Below are positions 1-13,406 of a DNA stretch of 64,000 bases, piece by piece. The notes under the pieces were generated by a model that saw only the letters and a list, made by a program, of their open reading frames with translations, made no database searches and was not told the origin of the DNA. Numbering within the stretch: position 1 is the first letter of the stretch; every line of letters starts with the position of its first letter. A program made the translations under genes and the position numbers. The DNA comes from Antedon mediterranea (Eukaryota; Animalia; Echinodermata), in NCBI RefSeq assembly GCF_964355755.1, contig NC_092675.1:16836912-16900911 (forward strand), written 5' to 3'.

Positions 1-516
1 ATACTCACTTTTCAGACCTAAAATAGAAAAAAAAATCACCTTTTTTATCCTCCCTGGGAGATACTCATCAATTGCTAAAATGAATTACTCGTACATTCGT
101 ATGGTAAATTATTTTTTTTCCTCTGAATGGACTGATCCCTTTGTACGTGACTTTTGGGGGACTGTAGTAGTAGGCCTACTTTTTATAGAAATGAATAAAG
201 AACTTTTTTTCTGTTCCTCTCCCATTTTGCCTCCTGGGTGGACTAAAGTCCTAAACCCTGATCCCGTCGGCATACCATGGGGGATAGTTTTTTTCTTTTT
301 ATAGAAACGACTATATCATACATTACCAACTCTATGATATATTACACATAAGTGATCGACAACAGAAACAAACAAGTGGTTTTATAACTAATTTTTTCAC
401 GCTGCTGCTCTAGCCAGCTACGTCCCATGAGAACTAATCATTCATAAGCTAAAGCAAGCAGCAGTTATAGATATCTATGGTCGACAGTTTTGCGACTTTG
501 TAAACTCGACTATAAT

Positions 517-2410
517 ATTTATATTTTACCTTGTTTTTAACGGTATACCCTTGGTTTCCGATATTGATGCGGTAAATGCATTTTCCACATTCTTTGCGTC
601 AAACTTTAACGAACCTAATCGTAATTTCAATGTTAACCATGAGATCTGTAATTGTGTTCACCCAGATATTGTTCCCCTTAATAACATTAATATTACTGAA
701 AAAACTATTTTCGAGGCTCTATTGTCATTGAAACCCAACAAATCCCCTGGACCAGACGGGATTACACCTAAAATGTTATCCATGTCAGCTCCAATTATTG
801 CCCCAGTGTTGTGCAAAATGTTTAACAAGTTCGTAACGGATGGCTTTGTACCAAAAGATTGGAAACTCGCGAATGTCACTCCTATTTTTAAGTCAGGTAA
901 TCGGAACGATGTTAATAATTATCGACCCATATCGCTATGTTCTATTATAGGTAAGGTTTTTGAACGTATTATAGCAGATAACATTCTTTTTCATCTTCAA
1001 TTTTTTGGATTTTTAAGTCCCACGTAACACGGGTTTTATCCAGGTAGATCGTGTATTACACAGGCCTCAGCGTTATATCATGATTGGTCACAAACAATGG
1101 ATGTTAGACAACCTCCTGTAATTGATGCAATATTCCTTGATTGGGAGAAGGCCTTTGACCGTGTTCCCCATGATTTAGTAATCAAGAAACTGCACAACAT
1201 GGGAGTATGTGGATCTCTCCTAAAGTGTCTTCACTCCTTTCTCAGTGACAGATTCCAACGTGTTGTTCTTAATAAGGAGCATTCGGATTGGGATAGAGTG
1301 GGCTCGGGTGTTCCTCAGGGATCCGTGTTAGGCCCGCTTCTATTTAATCTCTTTGTTTATGACCTACCTCTAAATACCTCTTCTGTTATGAAGCAGTATG
1401 CAGACGATACAGTAATTTATAAACCTGTATTCAGTCGTCATGATGCACTTACCTTACAACAGGATCTTTGTAAAATTTCCAAATGGTGTGAGGATAATAA
1501 AATGAAATTAAATGCAAAGAAGTGTAAAGTCATGCACATAACTAGGAAACGTAATTATATCCCTCATTTTATTTATACAATCGAATCCAATCCCCTTGAA
1601 GCTGTTAATTCACATAAATATCTTGGTATTAACTTCTCACGTGATTTAACATGGTCTGCTCACGTTAATGATGTATCGATGAAATCTATGAGAATGCTTG
1701 GGTTTATCAAACGGTTTGTAGGTTTCAATGACACCGAAATTTTACTACGACTTTTTAATGCACTATGTCGACCTGTTATTGAATATGGTGCTCCTGTGTG
1801 GGATCCACATCAAAAACAACATAATATAGCTATTAACAAGTCATTAAGACGGGTTACTAAATTGTGTGTTGAAGGCAATTTCACTGACAGGCTTAAGATT
1901 CTAAATTTACCAGATATGGTTCAAAGAATGAAATTTCATAGTATAATTTTTGTAGTTAAGTGTTTGCGTAATTTAATTGATTTTGATATATTTGAATACC
2001 TTACAATTAATTCTTGGTATCCAGAGTCCCTCACCTTTAAACACATGTATGCTAGAACTAATGCATTTAAATACTCCCTGTTTGTTAATTTCCCTCGAAT
2101 ATGGGAATGTATCCCGCATGAAGTTCGTAACAAAGTCCTGTTTAACTTTGGGGGGTTTAGAAGGGATTTGAAAAAATGTATTACTGATATCGAATTCATC
2201 TAGACTATCACTGTGTTTTTATGTCTATTGCGTTTTTCGTACTATTAGTTGGGAAAGCCACTCGACAGTGCAGTTCTTTTGAACTGATCCACTTTTGGTT
2301 ACCCGCAGGTGCTGATAGTACTTTTGTTCTGTTTTGTTGAATGATGCCGTACCTTGTTTATGATTTTTGTATGTTACCTGGAAATTGAATAAAATAAAAT
2401 AAAAAAGAAA
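517..2410 (+). mobile_element. 5'-truncated CR1-like LINE; RT ORF 551-2203 with one nonsense codon at 1025-1027
   Basis: KSPGPDGI, NYRPISL, (Q>stop)HGFYPGRSC, DWEKAFDRVPH, GVPQGSVLGPLLF and YADDT motifs. ORFs 551-1027 and 1097-2203 are in the same frame. (AATAA)n tail at about 2387-2410. Confidence 0.9.
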
Positions 2411-2611
2411 ATATAGATCCCATCTGCTGGACCCAAAAAAACATCTGAGAAAAGAGAGTCTATGAGGGCTCACGGTTAAATGATTTTGGATTCTCGCCCT
2501 TTGATTGGTTGACGCGAATCAACAGACTGGGAAGAATTTTCGTGAAGTCATGTTGTCTCTAGAGGGTATTCAGTTGCATTTCAACAGGTTGAGGTCACAC
2601 ACACAGCACAT

Positions 2612-4033
2612 TTCTATTCTTACCTTGACTCTAATAACTTAATATCTACCTCTCAATCTGGATTTCGTCCCCAACATTCTACCCTTACTGCACTTACCAA
2701 CACATATGATCACTGGCTTCACGATATCAATAATAAGAAACTATCACTATCTTTATCGATCTCAAAAAAGCTTTCGACACTATTGACCATTATATTCTTC
2801 TTGCTAAATTACCCTACTATGGATTTTCTCCTTCAACTATCTCTTGGCTCCGATCTTATCTTTCTAATCGCTCTCAAAAAGTTCTTTTTGAAAAAAACCT
2901 TTCTTCCTCTGGTTTTCTTTCTACTGGAGTTCCTCAAGGCTCCACTCTTTGTCCTCTTCTCTTTTCCATCTACATTAACTACCTTTCATCTTCTCTAATC
3001 TCTCATAACTCTAATCTTCATGTTGGCATGTATGCTGACGATACCATCATCTACTATTCTAACTCCTCTTCTAAACTTATTGAACAGAATCTAAATAATG
3101 CTCTAATTCATCTCTCTACCTGGCTAAAATCTAACAGACTAACACTCAAAATCTCAAAAACTAAATGCTCATTGGCTCTTCTCAAAAACTTAACTCTAAC
3201 TCTATCACCCTTACTCTTAATGATTCTCCTATTCAATCTGTTAATCATAATTGACAATACTCTAACCTGGAAATCTCACATATCTTCCCTCTGTAAAAAA
3301 CTCAATTCTATTATCTACTTACTCAAACGTATAACAAATCTTCTCTTCATCTTCTGTTCAATTCACTTTTTCCTTTCTAGACTTGACTGCTGCTCTGTCT
3401 GGGGTTCTAAACCTTCTTCTACCACAAAACTTCAAAAAATCCAGAATAAAGCTATCCGTCTACTACTCGATCTATCTCCCACTACACATCTCTCTCCTGA
3501 TCACTTTTCCAGTGCTAAGACTCTCCCCTTCCATGAACGATACCTCTTTCAGCTTGCATGTCTATCTTTCAAAGCTCTACATCACTCTGCTCCAGTTACT
3601 ATCTGTCAGCTCTTAACTAAAGTAACTTCCAACGGCCGTATGAACACTAGGCAAATTACTAAAGGAGATCTTCTTATCCCTCGTCCTTACCTTGAAATCT
3701 TTAAACTTTCTTTTAGTTTCAATGCTCCTTCTTTCTTTAAATCTCTTCCTTTAAGCATTCGTAACTCTTACAATTTCTCCTCCTTTAAATCTCTTTTGAA
3801 AAAAACAGCCGTTTCTCTCTCTCTGATTTTTTTTTCTTTTTATCCTTCTTTCATTGTTGGCATTTGGTATATTTATATATATATATATATATTTTATATC
3901 TTTGTTAATTTTGTGTTTTTATAGTTTATTTTGTATTTACTGTTTGTATTGTTTGAGGGTCCCTAATGATCAGCTGATGCTGGATGGACCACCCTCATAA
4001 AATATTGTTGAAATAAATAAAATAAAAAATAAA
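2612..4033 (+). mobile_element. Degenerate 5'-truncated L2/Crack-like LINE
   Basis: Frameshifted RT motifs QSGFRP.HST.TAL, DLKKAFDTIDH, GVPQGS and YADDT (3031). Structured 3' UTR ending in (AAATA)n at 4010-4033. Confidence 0.85.
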
Positions 4034-5739
4034 ATTGAAGTTAAAAATTGACCATTTTTAAATGGGCATGTGAATCATAATTAAAGAACTATCCTTGATT
4101 TGTATGTATTTTTGCGATTATAGGACATCTTTTTAATAATTAATCATAAATATATCTGAAGAAAAAACAATGATTAATTTTAAAATGTCGAGCAGCATTT
4201 TTTGTAAGAAATATTTCTAGTTTATATCACTTTTTGTATATATAAATACGAATTCCATTAAAAACATTCAATATCCGACCTTCTGCGGAATAGGCTACCT
4301 ATAAGATAGACAATAATTAGAGAGCTTTCTTTAATTCTGTAGCATTCAGCAGGGCGTAATTGTGTGTTCCTTTCGGAAACATAATGCACTAAACAAAAGC
4401 AGCAGGAAAAAACATTTATTATACTGCCGGCCCAATCGCCATAAAAAGAAACTCATTGGGTTTTGGTGGACGTTAGAACCGAATGAATTATATCTATTCT
4501 ATCTAACTTTTGCTTGTTCTGGGGCACAGCATTTGGACCCCTTGGACTTTTGTTTGTTATCTTTGGTAGACAGAACCGAATGAAGTATACCGTATCTAAT
4601 TTAACTAAACTTCTTGTTTTGGACAGTGGAGAAATGAGGTAAAGTTTGTTTCTTTTAACACTGACCACTCATTTAAAATCCTCTCTTTATTTTTACTTTT
4701 ATAAATAATAATGCTCATTGCTCTTAAAATGTATTTGTTTACTATTCTTACTGTCACAATGTACCCATGTGTATTGTATGACACGTGGAGTAACTTCAAT
4801 GAAGATACTACAATGGATTCTATCAATAATGCCTTTTAATTAGAACAATATTTTATTTTTATTTTATTTTTTTATTTATTCAACTTCTCACTAATAGTGA
4901 AGGATCTGGACCAACAGGTGGTAAACACCTCTATAAAACGGTCCAGTCCCAATTGCACAGTGGCTGTGTGTGACAGTGGCTGTGTTTGTGTGGATTAGTT
5001 AACCGGGGTAAATCCCTACCGTACTCGTTTCGAAAGACCACCAGAACCATGGAGCGAGTGAGCCTCGATGTTATGGCTACATAATTACGGTTCCACTGTC
5101 TTAACCGCATAATGGCATTGTTGAAACATGTACCTGGGTCCATAGTTAAAGAGTCAAAATTACCATAGATGGTGTAAAATCATTTATTAATTTGATATTT
5201 AGTGTGATACTTCTCAGAATTCTTATTTCATGCAGGGAGACAACTCCCTGTTTCATGTATCTCAGAATCCCTATATGGATATTCATCTGAAACTAATTTG
5301 TGACCCTTTTAATTGGTAACTAGAATACGATATGGCTGATTGGACCCAAGAGAGGTTAAATGAGCATATTATATCTACTCTAAAAGACAAAAATACACAT
5401 GAAAAACTAGGAAAATTCTTTGACGATTGGGCTCCACACTACGATAAAGTGAGTAAATTAAGTATAATTTAGAATTAAAAAAGTAACCACACGTATCTAT
5501 TTGTTTATTTCAATAAAATAAATAAAAATACAGCAATAGCATAATACACAAATTAATATTAATACGAATATATATAATAAAGGAGGGGGGGGGGGATTTT
5601 CCCAAGCAGGCAACTTAAAAAAAACATTAACCATAACTACAACGTCATTGTAATAAATATCGTAAGAGGCAACATAAATCTTTAAATAAAATTTTCTCAT
5701 TCTCACATTAATTAATTAAATTTCAGTATATGACCGGTT

Positions 5740-6480
5740 TAGAATTAATGTGCCATTGGTCACAGCCTATCACCCTAGGTTGCCTTCATTACGGAATATT
5801 ATTGAGAAACATATGCCCATTCTACAGTCCACAGAACGTCTCAGGACTGTTTTTCCGGAACCATCCATTATTGCATTTTGTAGACCTCCCAACCTTCGTA
5901 GGGTCCTACTAAATACCACCAGATACATACCAGAGCAACAAATCCTACCACCAGAGAGTAGCCACCTGCTTTGAATTGATTAGCTGTGTGTATACTACAA
6001 ATTTCAGTATTTGTAAGATCCAAATTTAAAAGTGAAATTAACTCTCATGACAGTCAAAATTTGGTCAGTCACCTTTGCAGCAAATCTTGCAAAACGTGTT
6101 CATTGGTTGACTCTACCGATAAATTTAAGCGTAACCAAACTGGCCGCATTTTTCGGATAAGACAATCAATTAATTGTCTAACCAAAAACATCATTTATCT
6201 TATACTGTAATATTTGTGGTAAACAGTATGTCGGGGAAACAAAAAACACGCTCCATATGAGAATGACACAACACAGATCAGCTATCAAAACATTAAAGCT
6301 TGATCAACCTGTAGCCGAACATTTTAAGTCACTCGATTGCAAATTTCAAAGTTATTGCAATAGACCACGATGTCAAATGGAGCGACAAAATTCGCAAAGA
6401 CGACAAAAGAAAACCACTGGGAATTACTTCTTAAAACCACAAAACCTTAGGAACATACTCCCAGATCGGTAAAATTACTC
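5740..6480 (+). mobile_element. Penelope-like retroelement fragment (RT C-terminus plus GIY-YIG endonuclease), degenerate, in intron 1 of copy 1
   Basis: PLVTAYHPRLPSLR...FCRPPNLR, CKTC, and a frameshifted NIIYLI/C.ICGKQYVGET...RMTQHRS...PVAEHF, matching the Penelope GIY-YIG pattern. Confidence 0.8.
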
Positions 6481-7515
6481 CATTGACTACCTAAATTTAA
6501 GTTTCAATAATAATCACCATGTAAGCTGTTTTTTAGTTTTATTTTAAAAAGTTTTATATCTACCAATATCTATCTTCTTTGTTTCCTACTTTTTAATATT
6601 GTAATACATAATAATAAGTACACTGTAATTCTTGTTTAATTTAAATTATACAGTATTGTTTTAATTGTGATTTTTATATTCCGAAAGTGTTGTCATCTGC
6701 GTAAAAACTAAATTATAGATAATATTGACAGTACAGGTTATTAATTTTTAATTAGACAGCGAAACGTTATGGATAGGTTGGTGCGTCTCTCACCACAACT
6801 CTACTTCAGAAATATGTTGTTAACTCTAAGGATACCAAGATATTTGATGTCGCATCAGGCACAGGCCTTGTAGGTGAATGTGTAAGTATCCCGGTCGGTG
6901 AATATCACTTTATTAAACAAGTATCATAAAAATCATAGGAACATAATATATATTGAAGTATAAACATTAGGGCTATACCCCATTAATTGTTATCATGCAT
7001 TACCAGTCACCACCATCATCAGAGAGCCTACAAAAATTTAGTTTGAATTGGATTTAATTATTTAAGCATTCGATGTTGTATATTTTCTATAAGAATCAAT
7101 TTTCAACCCTATTGATGCCACTCAAAAGGGTATTTAAAGGGACGGGTCCAGCATTAAAGAAGAGGAAGAGAGGGTCTCAAATCTACCTAAAAAATGCAAG
7201 GCTGGTTGAAGGTTTTGAGTTCGCTAATTCATGGTGAGGTCAGAGGCGGTATAGTTTTTGTAAAAATATAGTATTAATAAAGTAGATTCTTTTTCCTTTG
7301 CTGGAAACATTTTAATAAAGTATCTTTGTTTTTTCTAAATCAGTTAGCAGGTGCTGGTTACACTAACATTGATGCAGTTGATGGCAGTGCAGCAAGTATA
7401 GAAGTAGCTCGTAAAAAGAACATCTATACAAATCTATATGTCCAATGGCTTGGAGGTGACAACAAATTGAATATTAACAATGGTAAATATCAGTAATACC
7501 TGGTAGCTAAGCCTA

Positions 7516-10289
7516 TTTATATTTATATTTCTTTATTCTGATACAAAATCAATAGGATAAAAACACAAAAAGTACCGAGACGGCAAACTTATTTCCATTG
7601 TGGTCCTAAACAAATATAACAGAATAAACAAGGAAAACCACAATAACTTAAACATAATACACAAACAAATAGCAAATTAAATTTCTCCTAATCTAAGAAT
7701 TTCACAAAAATAACTTTTTGATCTCTGTTTAAATAATTGTAATGAAGAGGAGCTTTGAACAAAATAGGGGAGTGAATTCCATAACTGAATGCTTGTTATT
7801 AAGAAAGTTGACCTGTTGTGAGTTCCTATGACTGGAATTTGGATCGAAATGCTGTCTCTAGCAAATCTTGTATTGTGATTGTGACGTTGTCTCGTCAGGG
7901 TAATTGTATCCAGGTAAGATGGAGCACTTTTGTTAATTATTTTATACATAATACATAGTTTCCTCACTTGTACTCTTAGGTCAACTGGCAACCAATTTAA
8001 GTTTACAAACTCATGTATACCTATATGAGATCGTGGTCCTAGGTTCGAAATGCACCTAATAATTTTGTTTTGAGACGTCTGTAGCCTATTTTTAATATAT
8101 TTATTTGTACACGAGTACCATACACAGCACCCATAGTCATAATGACATTGTGTCAGAGAAGATGCAATTAATTTAAGAGCATATTTAGTAATATATTTTT
8201 TATTTCTATTAAGAAATTTAAGTATACAATGAATTTTATTGATTACTTTCATACCTGTAGCTGTACCAGTCAGGTTCTGGTCAAGATCAATTCCAAGGTA
8301 TGTGATTGAAGATTTAGCAGTTATGTTTTTATTATTACAGGTAATTTTCATTTCTGACTGTTTTCTACACATGGTTTTTGTACCAAATAAAATTGACTCC
8401 GTCTTACCAAAATGAAGGGATAATCTATTGTCAGAAAGCCACAGATTCAACGCTTGCAATTCATTACTTAGTCTGTTTTCAATATACTCTCGGTCTTTAT
8501 TTGTGACCAAAAGGGCTGCATCGTCTGCATATAGCAACAACTCACAACCAACGGCCGATTCCATGTCGTTGACATATAGCAAAAATAGTAAGGGACCCAG
8601 AATAGATCCCTGGGGTACTCCACATTTGACGTCAAGAAATGTTGATTTAGTACCTTTTATGTCAACAACCTGGGATCTACCGTGGAGGTATGATTGCATC
8701 CATGACAGAGATAGACTAGTAAAACCCATGGCCTTTAATTTATACAATAATATGTCGTGGTCTACTGTGTCGAACGCCTTTTGAAGGTCAATTATTATCA
8801 TACCAGTCATTTTCCCTTTATCCCATCCATTTCTAACAGAATCCGATAGATGTATTAGACATGTTTCTGTAGAAAATGAAGGTCTAAAACCTGATTGATA
8901 GGTATAAAGAAGTGATTGGTCGTTTAAGTAACTCATTAATTGATTATACATAATACGTTCTATAATTTTAGACACTGCAGATAGAATAGAAAGGGGTCTA
9001 TAGTTTCCAGCATATAATCGATCTTTCTTTTTGTAAATAGGCACTACCTTAGCAGATTTCCAATCAGAAGGGATATAACCGGTTGAAATAGATATATTTA
9101 TAATATGGCTCAGTGGATGTAAGATAGCCAGAGCCCCATCTTTGAAAAATCTGGCAGGTACGGAATCTAAACCCGCACCTTTCTTACTATTTAAGTTGTT
9201 TATTATCGTTAGTACGGTTTGTTCATTTACTTCTTTAAAGGCAAATACACCTTTTTTATCTGCATAGTAATGTTTAACGTGGTTTTCATTGTAAGTATTA
9301 GATGAAGGAGGGAGTTTGTTGACTAAATTTTCAGGAGTATTAATGAAAAAGGAATTTAAATAGTCAGCAATCGAGCTTTTGTCATAAATTATTTTATCTT
9401 CACATTTTAGAGCAATGTTTTCAGATTTATTTTCTGTTCCGGTACCTAAACTTGTTAAAACATTCCATAATTTTTTGGGGTTATTTTTATTTTCATTTAG
9501 TTTGTCCGAAAAATAAGATGACTTAGCTCTTTTTATTTTATATTTTACAGAATTTCTTAACTTTTTAAAGACAGTAAATATGTGCTCATTACGAGTTCTC
9601 TTAAATTTAGCTAAGCATTTATCACGTTTAATGATCAGATCTCTAATTTCTGATGTGAACCATGGTTTGGAACGTTGTTTAATTCTTATTTCTTTTAAAG
9701 GAGCAACTTGGTTGATGGCATTCATCATTTTTAGTTTGAACCAGTCCCATGCAGTGCAGACATTTGTGCAATTTGTGATATCGGACCAATCTAATTCATT
9801 TAATTTAGAAGTAAGTAGTTCTGATGAGTATGATTTCATAGATCGTATTTTAATCGTCTTATGCCTCTTAATCGGGATTTTAACTATCTTTCTGGTGCAG
9901 TAAGTTATAAAATGATCACTGACACCGTAAGGGATAACTCCGTATTGGAAAATGTTAAGAGGTTCGGATGAGAAAATAAGATCTATGATGGTAGAGGTAG
10001 TGCAAGTAATACGTGTTGGGTCCTTAATAAGTTGGGTGAGATTAAACATATTACAAAATTGGGACACCCATTTATTTTTACTTAAATTATTAGATGATAC
10101 ATCTACATTAAAGTCACCTAAAATAATAACTTCTTGACCTTGTAAAATATCTCCACAGATTGTCTCAAGTGAGGTAAAAAACGATCGCTGCTTTTCAGGT
10201 CGGTAACAGGTTCCGATTAGAATAGGTTTGGTTTTAGGTAATAATATATTTATCCATAAAGATTCAATATCACCTAGTCCTATTCTTAC
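7516..10289 (-). mobile_element. L2/Crack-like LINE, 5'-truncated within the APE domain, with an uninterrupted ~870-codon APE-RT frame; antisense in intron 3 of copy 1
   Basis: ORF 7677-10355 has GDFN, SDH, NYRPLSIL, QSGFRP, DLQKAFDTVDH, GVPQGSILGPLLF and YADD. Tail (TAAATA)n at 7516-7535. Candidate 7-bp TSD AAGCCTA at 7509-7515 and 10290-10296. Confidence 0.92.
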
Positions 10290-10419
10290 AAGCCTAATCA
10301 TGTAAAATGTAATGAGTGAATAAAACAATAGGAAGAAATTTCTGTAAAACAACACACACAGAAATATGGATTAGAAAATGCATTTTTAACAAAATATGTA
10401 AATCTATCGGGATGATTAA

Positions 10420-10456
10420 CGGGCATACTACGTTTGTCGTGTATGTAAGCCTAGTT
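10420..10456 (+). mobile_element. Possible Helitron 3' terminus
   Basis: Short hairpin CATAC(T)ACG...CGTGTATG followed by CTAG|T; 5' end not found. Confidence 0.3.
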
Positions 10457-12889
10457 GTATTTTAAGCATGTGGGAGAATTATTTATCTAACTAATTCCTC
10501 CATGTTTTAGGAAGTGCATATGAATCAAGTGAATTTTGTGTTTATTCCCAGTGAAATTGGTTTATCAAACCTTTTCATTTGTTTAGGATTCACACAAATT
10601 GAAACATGCTTTAGACAATATTTATACTTAAAGGCAGAATATTGCCATACTTGGCGAAAATCACACATAAGCAGCTATATTTAGGTGAACGTTCATACAG
10701 AGTATAATTGTTTTTCGTTTTTCTCGTAAAACTAATTTAACGTTTTTTAAATAATTGAACATTGTTTAGAGCGCTTCTGATTATATTGGGACCATACCAT
10801 ATCTTAACGCACTTAAAAGTACTAATCTTCAGACGCTTGATACTAGAAGAATTAAAATATGTAAAGAATTTGCACATCGATGCGTATGTTCAATTCCTTC
10901 AAAGAGTGGTTTCCTATAATTTCTCGTTCTCACAGCATGATCTTTAGAAAATCCAACGAATTTCTCATCCCCCGTGTGCCAAAAGTGCTAGACAAATAAT
11001 TCTTGTTTTATTGGTCGTCAGCAAATTCTCCTCGCGTGTTTGTGTACTGCTTTTGTCAATTTTCTATTTTGTATATTTTTTATCGATTCTTGAATTTTGT
11101 ACCGTTATATTTTTATATTTGTAAATGTTTATATTTTTGTACTTTTGATTTTGATTTATTTGTGTATATTATCATGTTAATATTGTTTTAATTTAGCTTT
11201 GTGCTGCGATTACGATATATATTGAATAAATAATTTAAAAAAATTAATGTTGTACCTATACAGACAGCTACGATGCAATAGTGTGTAACGGCGCCTTTGC
11301 TATCAACCACTTCAAATCAGACGTTTTCCTAGAACTTATTCGAGTTACTAAATCAGGTAACAATCAATTTTGCACTTCAAGTCACTCTTTTTATGAATTT
11401 AATTAAAATACATTATTTCAATTCAAACTTTGAAGAGCCGGCTCTCCAGCTTGAGGCTCCTAAATCAAATACGCCCTCACGATCTTTGTTATTCTTCTGT
11501 GATTTGACTGTCATTTTGTATTTGTAACAAATAATAATGTGTTTATTATTATTTAATCTCAGAACAAAAATAATTTACACAATTTAAACTAGTTTAATTT
11601 TTCTTTTGTGATAAATCAAACAGGAGGCTATATCTTGATCACTATGCGAACACAGTGGTTGGAGCTTGAGACAAGCTACGCTGATGGAAAGTTAGAAGGG
11701 GACATGAAAAAACATGAAAAAGAAGGGACATGGAAACTGGTTGAGAGACACGTTCATGAAGCAGACGACAGTGAACAGAATGCAGTAACATTCATTCATC
11801 AAATTTGCTAAAGAACATAATTGGGTCTATACTAGCTTTGTTTAATAAATGTACTGTATGCCTATGATTTTGTGGTTGGCTCCATAATTCTGAAGGAAAA
11901 AAACATCGAACTATATATTAGTCTCTGTCTATTTGTAATTTTGTTTACTTTAATCAATTTTAACCTAATTAAATACGATAACTTTAATAACTGTAATTAC
12001 ATTAGAATCCCTTTGGACCATCTATTTAGGGGATATTTCCGTAAAACGGCCAACCTTATTAAGGGGACGGGGACAACTTTGAGTGTGTGAAATGGTTGAT
12101 TAATTAAGGAGAAAAAATGTTCACAAAACAGCAAAAGACCAAATAATTATATTAATTTATATTGTTATTAATACAAAAATGGATATCATAATAATTATGA
12201 CACTTTCTCTGGATTGACAGTTTTCATTGGTGAAACGTTCGCTGTTAAAGTTTTAATTATTCTCAATTTCTCGAGTCCAGATCAATTAATGTTCATTTTC
12301 ATTGGTATATGTTTCCCCGCAAAAGCCCCTATTTAATACAAGTTTGGCGTGTCATTCAGGTGACACTCCACTCCAACAATTTGTTGGGTTCTGAAGTTTT
12401 TCCTATAAGTTCTACTGTACACACGTTTTATATTGTTTTACTTTAAATAAAAATATGCGGTTTTAATGATAATACATATTTTAACGTCATTTAATACGAT
12501 AATTATAACTGTAATTATACATGTAAGTACTATGATGGCGTACCATTGTTTTCATTAAAACATATCGGATTGGAATTGTTAAATAAAAGCTCGGTTTAAT
12601 GATGAGAAATATATGTATATTGGAAACTTGAAATCTGTATACTGTTATTTTATCTGTATTTATGTTAACAGTGGGATTTTGTACTGTCTTGATTTTTGGA
12701 CAATTTCCAGTTGTAGGCCTATGTGAAAATATAACGCATTTGTAGGCCTATTCATTGATTAAAAGTAATCTTCTTTTCTGGGTAGGTGTATTTTAATTAA
12801 CGAAGCGATATGCCTATAATTGCTGCATCTCTATCTATTTATTATATTATTTATGCATTGCGAAAATACAAAAAAGGATGCTGATAGAT

Positions 12890-13406
12890 AGATAAAGATA
12901 AATATTTTTCACATACAAATATACAGACAACAAATAGGTTGATGGCGCCAAGGAGTGCCAGAAGAGGCAAACCGCTTCTGTCGCCAATTGCAAGTGAAAA
13001 CAAAAATACATTTATATGATTATAAAATAATTAAATATCTTTAAAATGTATCTAACGTTGCATAGCAATCTCTAATATCAGCCGGTATACCCATTCCACA
13101 TATAATTTCGAGTTGGAATATAATATTTCTTGCTTGCTTTTTAAATATACGAGATGTTTAAACGTTAAAACATTAAATGCCTATAATCAGCAAATTAAGA
13201 ATTAAACAATTCTGTAACTATATAAAATATTTATTAAGAAAACAAATAATTGCTTTTAGATTCAATAGTGTTTAATTTAAGTACAATTAATGAGTCTGCA
13301 TAAGCCCAAACTTCACTGGTAACGTACGTATATCTGCTAGCTCTTCTTTGAATCTTCTCTATGTGACATTTGTCGGAAGGATACCAGATTGGAGAACAGT
13401 ATTTGA
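12890..13406 (-). mobile_element. Degenerate CR1-like LINE 3' fragment, interrupted by the foldback element
   Basis: KYCSPIW.P....IEKIQRRA in ORF 13234-13584. The upstream LFVLP-like residues appear to resume beyond 15370. Confidence 0.6.

Larger units (their letters stand above)
392..4222 (+). mobile_element. Helentron/DINE-1-type non-autonomous element (copy A), split by two LINE insertions
   Basis: Segments 392-515, 2410-2611 and 4034-4222 join to match the reverse complement of 46431-46944 plus 48547-48565. T-run start (TTTTTTCACGCTGCT), subterminal inverted motif (CGCTGCT...GAGCAGC), internal (CA)n, and a 3' AGAAATATTTCT palindrome followed by T. Family assignment is inference from architecture. 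Confidence 0.6.
5332..11811 (+). pseudogene. METTL27-like: METTL27/WBSCR27-like methyltransferase, copy 1 (in-frame TAG in exon 2; possibly rescued by splicing)
   Basis: GT-AG exons 5332-5448, 6756-6881, 7344-7482, 11264-11356, 11624-11811 with consistent phases. Motifs DDWAPHYD, IFDVASGTGLVG (SAM motif I), IDAVDGS, YDAIVC.GAF, ELIRVTK.GG. TAG at 6774-6776 where paralogs have Tyr. Confidence 0.8.

Noticed and set aside
10290-10355. N-terminus of the 892-aa LINE ORF as a true start
   Set aside because: It lies beyond the candidate TSD. This is chance read-through into flanking intron, and the APE domain is truncated.
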